A DNA stretch of 58,584 nucleotides from an uncultured Bacteroidales bacterium (GTDB taxonomy: Bacteria > Bacteroidota > Bacteroidia > Bacteroidales > PUMT01), in the NCBI GenBank assembly GCA_964520585.1, contig CAZFOO010000012.1, forward strand, positions 1-58,584, in the 5' to 3' direction. A program made the position numbers and the translations under genes. The notes beneath the pieces are model-generated. The model worked only from the letters and a program-made list of their open reading frames with translations. It made no database searches and was not told the origin of the DNA. Every line of letters starts with the position of its first letter. Positions within the stretch are counted from its first letter, which is position 1. Below, piece after piece: positions 49,068 to 58,142 of this stretch.

Positions 49068-50393
49068 ATGCAAGATAAGAAAATAATTTCCGGGTTTTCA
49101 GGCATGGACAGAAATGAGAAGCTTTCTTTGTTTTTGCAGGGTTTGAATGATCCTGAACGGGCCAGGAGCGAGCTTGAATCATACAGGCATGCTGACCCCC
49201 TTATTCAGAAGCTGCATGATGAATTCAGCGAAAATACCATTACCAATTTCTTCATGCCGTATGGTATTGCACCGAACTTTCTTATAAATGGAAAGTATTA
49301 CATGTTGCCTATGGTAACGGAAGAGAGTTCTGTTGTCGCTGCTGCCTCACGAAGTGCAAAATTCTGGTCCCGCAGAGGAGGGTTTAACATTGTTGTTCAC
49401 GATACCATAAAAAACGGACAGCTCCATTTTATCTGGAATGGCAATCCTGCAAAGCTGAAAGATTCTTTTCCCGGGTTAAAGGAACTGCTGCTGAAAAAGA
49501 CAGGTCATATTACTTCCAATATGGTAAAGCGTGGAGGAGGGATAAGGGATATAAGTCTGGTGGATAAAAGGGATCAAATTAAAGGTTATTTTCAGCTGAA
49601 TGCTGATTTTGACACTCGTGATTCCATGGGAGCCAATTTTATCAATTCATGTCTTGAGGAATTTGGTGTTGTTATTAAGGAATTCTTTAAGGATAATGAA
49701 TTATTCGAAAAGGAGGAAAGGGAGGTAGAAGTTATTATGGCTATACTTTCTAACTATACCGGTGATTGTATTGTTACCGCGGAAGTTAGCTGTGATGCCG
49801 ATGAATTGCAGGAGATTGCCGGGGATATGCCGGTGCCGGATTTTATCCGGAAATTCGATTTTGCCATGAAAATGGCTGAAACTGATGTTCACCGTGCCAC
49901 TACTCATAACAAGGGTATTTTCAACGGTGTGGATGCGGTGGTTATTGCAACGGGAAATGATTTCCGTGCTGTGGAGGCTGCCGGCCATGCATGGGCTGCC
50001 AGGGAAGGCCGTTATAAAAGCCTTTCGACTTTATTCCTCGATAAGGCAAAATTCTCCATGAGCCTTACTTTACCTCTGGCGGTTGGTACTGTCGGGGGAT
50101 TGACAGGGTTGCACCCTTTGGCAAGGCGTTCGCTTCAGCTGCTCGGTAATCCTGATTCAAGGGAGCTGATGGGCATTATAGCAGCAGCCGGACTGGCTAG
50201 TAATTTTGCGGCAGTGAGCTCTCTTATAACCAAAGGTATACAAGCAGGGCATATGAAGATGCATCTTTCTAATATACTGAACCATTTTGGCGCGTTAGAT
50301 AAGGAAAGAGAGGCTGCTGTGGAATATTTCAGTAACAAAAAAGTTGGATTTGCCTCTGTAGAGGAGTTTTTGAAGAATTTCCGGCGACAATGA
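49068..50393 (+). CDS. mvaA: class II HMG-CoA reductase
   Basis: ENTI, PMVTEESSVVAA, DSMGANFIN, ILSNY, RATTHNKGIFNG, GNDFRAVEA, GIQAGHMKMH. Confidence 0.93.
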   Translation: MQDKKIISGFSGMDRNEKLSLFLQGLNDPERARSELESYRHADPLIQKLHDEFSENTITNFFMPYGIAPNFLINGKYYMLPMVTEESSVVAAASRSAKFWSRRGGFNIVVHDTIKNGQLHFIWNGNPAKLKDSFPGLKELLLKKTGHITSNMVKRGGGIRDISLVDKRDQIKGYFQLNADFDTRDSMGANFINSCLEEFGVVIKEFFKDNELFEKEEREVEVIMAILSNYTGDCIVTAEVSCDADELQEIAGDMPVPDFIRKFDFAMKMAETDVHRATTHNKGIFNGVDAVVIATGNDFRAVEAAGHAWAAREGRYKSLSTLFLDKAKFSMSLTLPLAVGTVGGLTGLHPLARRSLQLLGNPDSRELMGIIAAAGLASNFAAVSSLITKGIQAGHMKMHLSNILNHFGALDKEREAAVEYFSNKKVGFASVEEFLKNFRRQ

Positions 50394-50533
50394 CGATCAA
50401 GTCTGAATGGTATGAATTAGCACAGGATATGAAATTGTTCACAGGTCAGCTTTATTATTCTTAAGTGTTTAATTTTCACTAAAAAATTCATATATTTTTG
50501 AATTAGGATGATAGGAATAAAATATTGTATATA

Positions 50534-51589
50534 ATGATTTCAGGCAATAACGAAACTTTAAATAAGGTGGGAGGGAAGCGTAATAAGGCTTCCGCATCTT
50601 TCTGGTCGCGAGGCAAACTGCTGATCACCGGAGAATATGCCGTTCTGTATGGAGCCGGATCGCTGGCGCTGCCTGTTAAACAAGGACAGAAGCTGATATG
50701 GAGTGAGGGAAATAAAGGTCCGGGAAGAAATAGTGATGGGGAAAGGGATCTTAAATGGGTTACCAGGGTGAATGGTAAAAAATGGTTTAGTGCTGTTTTC
50801 AGAGGTTCCGATTATTTACCTGTTTCAGCTGACGACTGGACCAAAGCGGACTTCCTCAGGCATATTATCTTTAATGCTTCCCGGCTGTCGGATGGCCCCC
50901 CTCTTTTTGGAAAGGTGGAGAGTCTGGTGGATTTTGATATGGAATGGGGACTGGGAAGTAGTTCTTCGCTGATATCCAATGTTGCTTTCATGTTTGATGT
51001 GAATCCCTTTGCATTGCATTTTGCTGTTTCAAAAGGATCTGGTTATGATATAGCATGTGCACGTTCCAATTCTCCGGTTATTTACAGGCTTTCCTACCAG
51101 TCAGATAATTATAGCAGGGAAAAAACTGCAGCTGTGTCTGAGGGCATCTTTCCTGTTCCTGTCTACAGGGCGGTGGACTTCAATCCGCCTTTTAAGGATA
51201 AGCTTTTCTTTGCCTATACGGGAAGAAAACAGGATTCTGCCGTATCTGTTAATAAATTCCTGTCCGGAACCGGATTAAATGACAATGACGTTGCTGCTAT
51301 CACCCGGATCGGAGAGGAAGTCCTTAAGGTGGGAGATATCGGTGGATTTAACAGTCTGCTAAAGGAGCATGACCACATCCTGTCCGGTGTTCTTGATGAA
51401 GTACCTGTAAATGAAAGCCTGTTTGGGGACTTCCCCGGTTATGTCAAGTCCCTCGGTGCCTGGGGTGGTGATTTTGTATTGATTAGCTGGGAGGGGGATG
51501 TTAAAGATTTGGAAGCCCGTCTTAAACAAAAGGGTATAGATATTGTTTTACCCTATGATACATTAATTTTCTTTTCCAATGGAAAATAA
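50534..51589 (+). CDS. GYDIA-family GHMP kinase, probable phosphomevalonate kinase
   Basis: GKLLITGEYAVL, WGLGSSS, GSGYDIACA, KSLGAWGGDF; mevalonate gene context. Confidence 0.8.
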   Translation: MISGNNETLNKVGGKRNKASASFWSRGKLLITGEYAVLYGAGSLALPVKQGQKLIWSEGNKGPGRNSDGERDLKWVTRVNGKKWFSAVFRGSDYLPVSADDWTKADFLRHIIFNASRLSDGPPLFGKVESLVDFDMEWGLGSSSSLISNVAFMFDVNPFALHFAVSKGSGYDIACARSNSPVIYRLSYQSDNYSREKTAAVSEGIFPVPVYRAVDFNPPFKDKLFFAYTGRKQDSAVSVNKFLSGTGLNDNDVAAITRIGEEVLKVGDIGGFNSLLKEHDHILSGVLDEVPVNESLFGDFPGYVKSLGAWGGDFVLISWEGDVKDLEARLKQKGIDIVLPYDTLIFFSNGK

Positions 51590-52643
51590 CCTTACCGGGG
51601 GTATGGTCTCCTGGCGAAGTCCCTCCAATATAGCTCTGGTAAAGTACTGGGGAAAGAGAAAGGGACAGATACCTGAAAATCCTTCAATTAGTATTACCCT
51701 GGGAAGATCGTTTACCACGACCACCGTTCGTTTTTTTCCGGCGAAAGGGGAAGGGGGTTTGAAACGGTTTTTGTTTGAAGGAAAGGAAGAAATATCTTTT
51801 GCCGGAAGGATATGCTCATACCTCAATGAGATAAGTCCACTCTACCCTTTTCTGACTGACCTGGAGCTTGAAATTGAAAGTGAAAACAGTTTTCCTCACT
51901 CTTCCGGCATAGCATCGTCAGCTTCCGCTATGTCGGCTCTGGCTTTATGCCTGACTTCAATGGAACGGCTTATGCTTAATTCGCCTTCTGATGATGACAG
52001 CTTCTTCAGGAAGGCTTCCTACGCCGCCAGGGTCGGATCTGGCAGCGCTGCCAGATCTGTTTATCCCGGGTTCGTCCTTTGGGGAAAGACTCCGGAAATT
52101 TTTTATTCTGAGAATGAATTTGCCGTGCCGCTTAATGACTCTATACACAGTGAGTTTAACGATATCCGGGATGCCATAATGATCGTGGATGAGAATCCCA
52201 AGTCCGTTTCAAGCAGTGCCGGTCACTCTTTGATGAAAAATAATCCATGGTCCCCTGTCCGCTATAAGCAGGCTGTAGCTCATACGTTAAGGCTGACAGA
52301 GGTTCTTTCTACCGGCGATGTTGATGAATTTATCCGGATAGTGGAGAAAGAAGCGATGACACTGCATTCCCTCATGATGAGTTCCGATCCAGGATACATC
52401 CTTATGAAACCCGGTACCCTGGCAATAATTGAAAAAGTACATTCCTTCAGGAAGAAAACAAACATACCGGTTGCATTCACCCTGGATGCAGGCCCGAATG
52501 TGCACCTGATCTATCCTGGCAGGTTTTTTGAACCAATAAAGAAGTTTATTGGTGAAGAGCTGGTTAAACACTGCAGCCGGGGTAAATGGATAGATGATTT
52601 GGGCGGAGCAGGTCCGGTGGAGATATCTTCAACCGGCTTTTAA
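51579..52643 (+). CDS. mvaD: diphosphomevalonate decarboxylase
   Basis: SPSNIALVKYWGK, NPSIS, GIASSAS, ARVGSGSAARS, FTLDAGPNVH. Confidence 0.92.
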   Translation: MENNLTGGMVSWRSPSNIALVKYWGKRKGQIPENPSISITLGRSFTTTTVRFFPAKGEGGLKRFLFEGKEEISFAGRICSYLNEISPLYPFLTDLELEIESENSFPHSSGIASSASAMSALALCLTSMERLMLNSPSDDDSFFRKASYAARVGSGSAARSVYPGFVLWGKTPEIFYSENEFAVPLNDSIHSEFNDIRDAIMIVDENPKSVSSSAGHSLMKNNPWSPVRYKQAVAHTLRLTEVLSTGDVDEFIRIVEKEAMTLHSLMMSSDPGYILMKPGTLAIIEKVHSFRKKTNIPVAFTLDAGPNVHLIYPGRFFEPIKKFIGEELVKHCSRGKWIDDLGGAGPVEISSTGF

Positions 52644-52670
52644 CGGGATATTAAAAAAAAAGATTGTTCA

Positions 52671-53675
52671 GTGAAACACAAGAAAAAAGGCCGCAAAGTA
52701 AATGTAAATGGCCCCGGGTTGTTTTATGCAAAGATACTGCTGTTTGGTGAGTACAGTGTTATATTCGATTCAATGGCCCTTACCATGCCTTTTACCTATT
52801 TTTCAGCTGGCTTCAGCTTTTTGAACAAAAGCCGGTATACCGGGTATGATCTTGCCAGACTTTCAAATGCCATGCTGAAGGAATACGGAGAGTGGCTGTC
52901 AGGAGATGATAGTCCGCGATGCCTCAAAAACCTGCTCAATACCTCCGGTTTTTTGAAGGATTTAGATGAGGGGATGTTCCTGAAGTCTGATATTCCACAG
53001 GGATACGGACTCGGCAGTTCCGGTGCTCTTTGTGCAGCCGTTTATGATCGCTATGCGGTTGAGCCTGTCTGTAATGATGATTCTGTGGGGCATGAAGATA
53101 TGGTGCAGCTCAAAAGTATATTCGCTTCGATGGAGAGCTGGTTTCATGGCACCAGTTCGGGACTCGATCCGCTGACCTGTTATTTCGGGAGACCGCTACT
53201 GGTGGATCCGGGCGAGGGGATGTCTGTTGCAGGTATTCCTGAGGGTGACGGGGACAAGCGTGCTGCTATTTTTCTTGTCGATACGGGACTGCCGGGTAAA
53301 ACCGGTCCACTAGTGAATCTGTTTATGGAGAAAGCCTCTGAACGGGGATTTATGGATCTGGTGAATGATACAATGATACCTGCAGTGAACACATGTATTG
53401 GTTCTATGATCAGCGGGAACCTGCCTCTTTTTCTTTCCGGACTCAAAGAGCTTTCACTCTTTCAGCTTCAATATATGAAACCGATGATACCTGGTGATTT
53501 TTTGGGAGTGTGGGAGCGTGGAATGGCTTCCGGCGATTTTTTTATGAAGCTTTGCGGATCGGGTGGAGGAGGATATCTGCTTGGGTTTACCCGGGATATG
53601 GAAAAGACTGCGGCAATTCTTTCCCTCGATAATATAGATGTGCTTACTGTCACAGGCAATTCACCGGTACAGTGA
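52671..53675 (+). CDS. mvk: mevalonate kinase
   Basis: AKILLFGEYSV, IPQGYGLGSSGA, FHGTSSGLDP, KLCGSGGGG. Confidence 0.85.
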   Translation: MKHKKKGRKVNVNGPGLFYAKILLFGEYSVIFDSMALTMPFTYFSAGFSFLNKSRYTGYDLARLSNAMLKEYGEWLSGDDSPRCLKNLLNTSGFLKDLDEGMFLKSDIPQGYGLGSSGALCAAVYDRYAVEPVCNDDSVGHEDMVQLKSIFASMESWFHGTSSGLDPLTCYFGRPLLVDPGEGMSVAGIPEGDGDKRAAIFLVDTGLPGKTGPLVNLFMEKASERGFMDLVNDTMIPAVNTCIGSMISGNLPLFLSGLKELSLFQLQYMKPMIPGDFLGVWERGMASGDFFMKLCGSGGGGYLLGFTRDMEKTAAILSLDNIDVLTVTGNSPVQ

Positions 53676-53819
53676 ATGGTCTGATAATACCGTATTTTTC
53701 TGCGCTCTTGCTTTATTTGCGGGAAAAAGTGTATTTTAGCGGTGAACCTAAATTAAAATCGTTTGTTTATTTTGTAAGTGAAATAATTTAATCATTCAGA
53801 TACTTAAATAGTTGTTATA

Positions 53820-54752
53820 ATGGAAAATAATTCTTCTTTTGCTGCATGGATGGCCCAGATAAGGGCTAATTTTCTTCTTTTGGCCGTATTTCTTGTGGGT
53901 ATCGGTCTTGCCATTACATGGAACTTTTTTTCCTCTATGAATGTTGATTTTAATTACATCCACGCAGCACTTATCATGGCAGGGGTTGTGCTTGCCCATA
54001 TTTCAGTTAACCTGTTTAACGAATATTCCGATTATAAAACCAGGATCGATTTCAATACTGTCCGAAGCCCTTTCAGTGGGGGAAGCGGCATGATGGTTGA
54101 AGGCAAAACCAATCCCCAAACAGTACTTTACAGTGCCATAAGTACCCTTGTTGTGGCTTTTGGTATAGGAGTCTATTTTGCTTTTGTTGCGCATTGGAGT
54201 GTTTTGGTTATTGCGGTTGTCGGGGGAGTGACAATTGTTATTTATACTCCGGTTCTGGCAAGGTTCATGCTTGGGGAGCTTTTCTCGGGACTGGCACTTG
54301 GCACCCTGGTTGTTATTGGTACTTATGTAGCTATGACTGCTTCGCCGGGGATGGAACTGGGTCAAATACTTACATCTGAGCTTATCCTTATATCGATTCC
54401 CCCCGGCATCCTTACTTCATTGCTGCTTCTTATAAATGAGTTTCCAGATGTTGAGGCCGACCGAAAAGGAGGCAGGAAACACCTGGTGATAAGGTTTGGG
54501 AAGAAAAAAGCCGCTTACATCTATGCTTTTGGAGTCTTTATTGCCTTCGGGATCATTATTGCACTTCCTATACTTGGTATGGCATCAACATGGATTTACC
54601 TGGCGCTAATACCTTTGCCTCTTGCCCTGCATGCGAGTTTTCTGGCTATTAACCATAGTGATGACAATAAAAAGATTATTACTGCCATGGGGAATAATGT
54701 GATGACGGTGCTTGGCACCGACCTTCTCCTGGCTATTGCCATATTGATATAG
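53820..54752 (+). CDS. menA: UbiA-superfamily prenyltransferase, MenA-like
   Basis: Multi-TM; NLFNEYSDYKTRID, FSGGSG, INEFPDVEADRKGGRK. Confidence 0.6.
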   Translation: MENNSSFAAWMAQIRANFLLLAVFLVGIGLAITWNFFSSMNVDFNYIHAALIMAGVVLAHISVNLFNEYSDYKTRIDFNTVRSPFSGGSGMMVEGKTNPQTVLYSAISTLVVAFGIGVYFAFVAHWSVLVIAVVGGVTIVIYTPVLARFMLGELFSGLALGTLVVIGTYVAMTASPGMELGQILTSELILISIPPGILTSLLLLINEFPDVEADRKGGRKHLVIRFGKKKAAYIYAFGVFIAFGIIIALPILGMASTWIYLALIPLPLALHASFLAINHSDDNKKIITAMGNNVMTVLGTDLLLAIAILI

Positions 54753-55019
54753 GCTGTTTCCGTGCATTTCTTTTTGTTTTTCATGCCAGGCCATCACCTG
54801 AAGGATTCAGGTTACAATTAAAACTATAAGATGGATTAGAGGATGCATCTTCATCAGGAACGTGTTCTTCTTTTCTTTACCGCTTAATTACTAATCCCGA
54901 CCGTTCACCATAATTTTTCTTTGAAAGATTGCGGACTGTTAATACTCTTTGTAACTTAATATTAAAAGCCACTCGTGGTGGTGATTTCTATTAAAGTAAT
55001 TAATTAAAACTTAATTATT

Positions 55020-57389
55020 ATGCAGTTACAAAAGGTATTATCCGTAAAGGCCGGAGCTATTCTGCTGCTTCTGCTTTTTGCTGTTAAAACAGTGAATGTA
55101 AATGGACAGGTGCCGGTCACGGCCACTGCATCTGTTTTTACACCGTCTCCCGGTGATATTGTAAATATCAGTGTTGCCACAGGCTCTGTGACTGATCTCT
55201 ATTATGCCGAGTCAGTGGTTTCTTTTGATCCCGCAATCATGGAATTTATGTCCGTCATAACAGGTCCTCTTACAGTAGATGGTATCTGTGTTTCAGGTGA
55301 TCTTGGTAACGGGAGGACTGGAATATCGGTCTCCAGAACCTCTCCTTCTGAGAATGGTGAAGGGGGGATATTCATGGTGGTGTCTTTTATGGTGAAAGGT
55401 AATGCTCCAGGTGGATCTACAGGGGTCAATTTTTCGGACTTTCTGATAGTTGATTCTTCAGGAGAAACTGTGGATGCTGATGTTCCCGGCCCGGTCATTC
55501 TGGATATTGAATACACGATTTCCGGTATCGATCTGCTCATTCCCGCTATGGTAACTGTTGATGAAGGTGAATCTTTCATGGTTGATGCTGCAATAGTTGC
55601 CCCGGAGGTAAATGATCCGCAGAGGGTAGTCTGCGATATTGGTGTGATATCTTGTGATGTGTCGGGGGACTGGCAGGATTTTGAATGGGGTGCAATGGAT
55701 TTTGAAGGGGTTGGTGAAGGGGACAGCCTGTTTTATTCTGCAGAGACGGCCCTGGCTCTGCCTGCAGGAGAATGGTTTATTGCAGTAAGGGCATCCCTGG
55801 ATGGGGGCGATTTTATATATGGTGGTCCTGATGGCACAGTCACCTCTCCTGATGGTACGCTCGCCCGGCTCAGTATTAATCCACGCCCGCCTTTCAGATA
55901 TGCCCTGGCTGAGTGGGATTTTGACAGCGAGTCCCTGCTTCCCTCTCTCGCCATAGCCACTAACAGGGAATCCGTATTACAAATCGCCGGTGCCGGGATC
56001 ACAGGCTTCCTTTCGGGTTACAGGGGGATGGCGGCAAATTCCAATAACTGGTCTAATACAGATGGGGGACTTTGTTACTGGTGGGTGGAGATTTCTACCA
56101 GCGGGTTCACATCGGTCGAAATATCTTCGAAGCAATATGGATCGGGTACTGGTCCTCGTGATTTCATGCTGGAATACAGTTTTGACGGTTTTCAGTGGCA
56201 TGCTGTGGCAGGAGGAGAGATAATGGTTGAAAGTAACTGGAGCAGCGGAGTGCTTGACCGGCTGCCTTTACCGGATGAGGTGGGGGACAGGGAGAAGGTG
56301 CTTCTGAGGTGGGTAATAACATCTGATGCCAGTGTCAGTGGCGCTGTTACCGGTCCGACGGGTACTAGCCGCATTGATGATATACTTATCAGCGGTGTTA
56401 ATCCCAATCCTCAAATGGTGACTGTTTTTCCGGGTGATGCGAATAATGACGGACTGGTAAATGCTGATGATGTTCTCCCCCTGGGGGTTTACTGGTTAAG
56501 CGGGGGACCGCCGGCAGGAGCGGGGGATGCCGGCTTTGAATCCCGCAACACTGAACAGTGGATACCCGCCGGGGCTACGTTTGCCGATACCAATGGTGAC
56601 GGCATCGTAGATCACCGCGACCTGCTGGCTGTGGGAATGAATTTCGGTGAAAGTCCCGGATCTGTTATCAAAGACAGTACTGTGCCACTGGCTTCCCTGG
56701 TTGTCGACCCGCTTGAAGGGGGTAGACTGAGGAGAATCGAGATTGAGAGTGAACCCGGGGTGCCGCTGAGGGGAGTTTCCTTTAGCATCGGATTTCAGGG
56801 AATACCTTCAGGCATGTGGGAAACCGGGGATATTATCCCTGCTTTTGCAGAAGATCATGATCAGGAAGAGCTTATTTCTTTTGCCCGGACTGATGAGCAT
56901 GTTTTTGAAGCTGCTTTCGCCTTCAAGGGTCCGGGTGAGGATCTTTCGGCACGGACCCTGGTCGGCTTTGAGCTGATTATTGATGAACAGTGGGATGATG
57001 TTTTTATGGTCCACCTCAACCGCCTTTCTGTAAGCAACAGTGGTTCGGCTAATGTCAGTATGGGAGAGGGGGGACTGGCTTTTTCCGGAGGGTTGTCTTT
57101 TGTTCCGGAATTGTCAGATGGAACCGGGGATTTCCTGTTGAAGGTCACCCCCAATCCCTCTTATTCAAATTCGTTTATCACCTTCTGGCTTAAAGGCCAT
57201 TCCAGGGTCAGACTGGATATAATCTGCATGCAGGGTAAGGTGGCGGCCACGCCGGTGGACGGGTTTCTTGAAGAGGGCAGGCACAGGATCGGGTTTGACG
57301 GCAGCTTACTTTCTCCCGGCGTCTACCTGTGCAGGCTGACCACCGGGAAACGTAAAAGCCAGGTTGTCCGGATGGTGATTTTACCGTGA
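55020..57389 (+). CDS. T9SS-secreted multidomain protein with cohesin-like and dockerin-like modules
   Basis: Signal peptide; cohesin-like N-terminus (SFDPAIMEF...VSFMVK); paired Ca loops PGDANNDGLVNADD and ADTNGDGIVDHRD; CTD PNP...G...LSPGVYLCRL. Confidence 0.7.
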   Translation: MQLQKVLSVKAGAILLLLLFAVKTVNVNGQVPVTATASVFTPSPGDIVNISVATGSVTDLYYAESVVSFDPAIMEFMSVITGPLTVDGICVSGDLGNGRTGISVSRTSPSENGEGGIFMVVSFMVKGNAPGGSTGVNFSDFLIVDSSGETVDADVPGPVILDIEYTISGIDLLIPAMVTVDEGESFMVDAAIVAPEVNDPQRVVCDIGVISCDVSGDWQDFEWGAMDFEGVGEGDSLFYSAETALALPAGEWFIAVRASLDGGDFIYGGPDGTVTSPDGTLARLSINPRPPFRYALAEWDFDSESLLPSLAIATNRESVLQIAGAGITGFLSGYRGMAANSNNWSNTDGGLCYWWVEISTSGFTSVEISSKQYGSGTGPRDFMLEYSFDGFQWHAVAGGEIMVESNWSSGVLDRLPLPDEVGDREKVLLRWVITSDASVSGAVTGPTGTSRIDDILISGVNPNPQMVTVFPGDANNDGLVNADDVLPLGVYWLSGGPPAGAGDAGFESRNTEQWIPAGATFADTNGDGIVDHRDLLAVGMNFGESPGSVIKDSTVPLASLVVDPLEGGRLRRIEIESEPGVPLRGVSFSIGFQGIPSGMWETGDIIPAFAEDHDQEELISFARTDEHVFEAAFAFKGPGEDLSARTLVGFELIIDEQWDDVFMVHLNRLSVSNSGSANVSMGEGGLAFSGGLSFVPELSDGTGDFLLKVTPNPSYSNSFITFWLKGHSRVRLDIICMQGKVAATPVDGFLEEGRHRIGFDGSLLSPGVYLCRLTTGKRKSQVVRMVILP

Positions 57390-57395
57390 CAGTAA

Positions 57396-57466
57396 GATTG
57401 TCTAAGGATTGCGGTTTCTCTATCAGATCGGTACGATTGTCTAAGGATTGCGGTTTCTTATCAGAT
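57396..57466. repeat. two-copy direct repeat (33/32 bp, 6-bp spacer) between convergent genes
   Basis: GATTGTCTAAGGATTGCGGTTTCT(C)TATCAGAT at 57396-57428 and 57435-57466. Confidence 0.85.
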
Positions 57467-57479
57467 ATGCTGGTCGGCA

Positions 57480-58133
57480 TCATCTTTGCAGTTCCTTATT
57501 ATCCTTGCTGCCCAGGGTATATACTATCTTTTTGTCCCTGAAGGTGACGGCTATCAGGTCGAGCACAATCAGGTTGACTAGAATGGTTGAAGCCCTGGGC
57601 AGGTTCAGCCGTGCCAGGCGCTGGAACATTGATAATGTTATGGTGTCATTTTTCTTTAGATAGTCGAAGAGTATTCTCTCTTTTTCAGAATACCTTATCA
57701 GTGTTCCTGTGGGGCGCCCATGTCGTTTCCAGACCCTGATCAGGATCTTGTTGGCTAGCATGTTCTCATCGTTCACCCGTATGTAAGCAAGCCATTTTCC
57801 CTCTTCGGACCGTGCGAAATGGGGCGGGGTGTCGCTGCCGGGGATCTTTGCTTCAAGAATGGTCTTACCGTCAATCTGCCATTCCCTCACAGTGAAATCC
57901 ACTTCGGGCTTGCAGTATAGCTGGGCTGCCGCTTCAAGCATATAGTATTCCTCATCTGATCTGATGCCTGCTATTTTCCCGTTGTCCTTTACCCCTACAA
58001 GGAGGGTACCTCCCTCTGTGTTGGCAAAAGCTGAAAGGGTACGGGCAATCTTTCTGGAATCGGATATCTCGAATTTGAAGTCCAGATGCTGACCTTCACC
58101 ACCAGCTATTAATTGCTTAACATACGCGTTCAT
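57480..58133 (-). CDS. Schlafen/AlbA_2 domain protein with C-terminal wHTH-like region
   Basis: GEGQHLDFK, LSAFANTEGG.LLVGVKDNG, AYIRVND. Confidence 0.85.
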   Translation of the reverse strand: MNAYVKQLIAGGEGQHLDFKFEISDSRKIARTLSAFANTEGGTLLVGVKDNGKIAGIRSDEEYYMLEAAAQLYCKPEVDFTVREWQIDGKTILEAKIPGSDTPPHFARSEEGKWLAYIRVNDENMLANKILIRVWKRHGRPTGTLIRYSEKERILFDYLKKNDTITLSMFQRLARLNLPRASTILVNLIVLDLIAVTFRDKKIVYTLGSKDNKELQR

Positions 58134-58142
58134 AGGCTATAT

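Noticed and set aside
53820-54752. Archaeal-type DGGGP synthase for ether lipids next to the mevalonate genes
   Set aside because: Motifs fit MenA-like enzymes better and no GGGP synthase is adjacent.
54796-54812. Hairpin ACCTGAA-GGA-TTCAGGT after the prenyltransferase as a terminator or riboswitch part
   Set aside because: Short stem, no U-tract and no recognisable aptamer consensus.
57396-57466. Mini CRISPR array
   Set aside because: Only two repeats, a 6-nt spacer and no cas genes.
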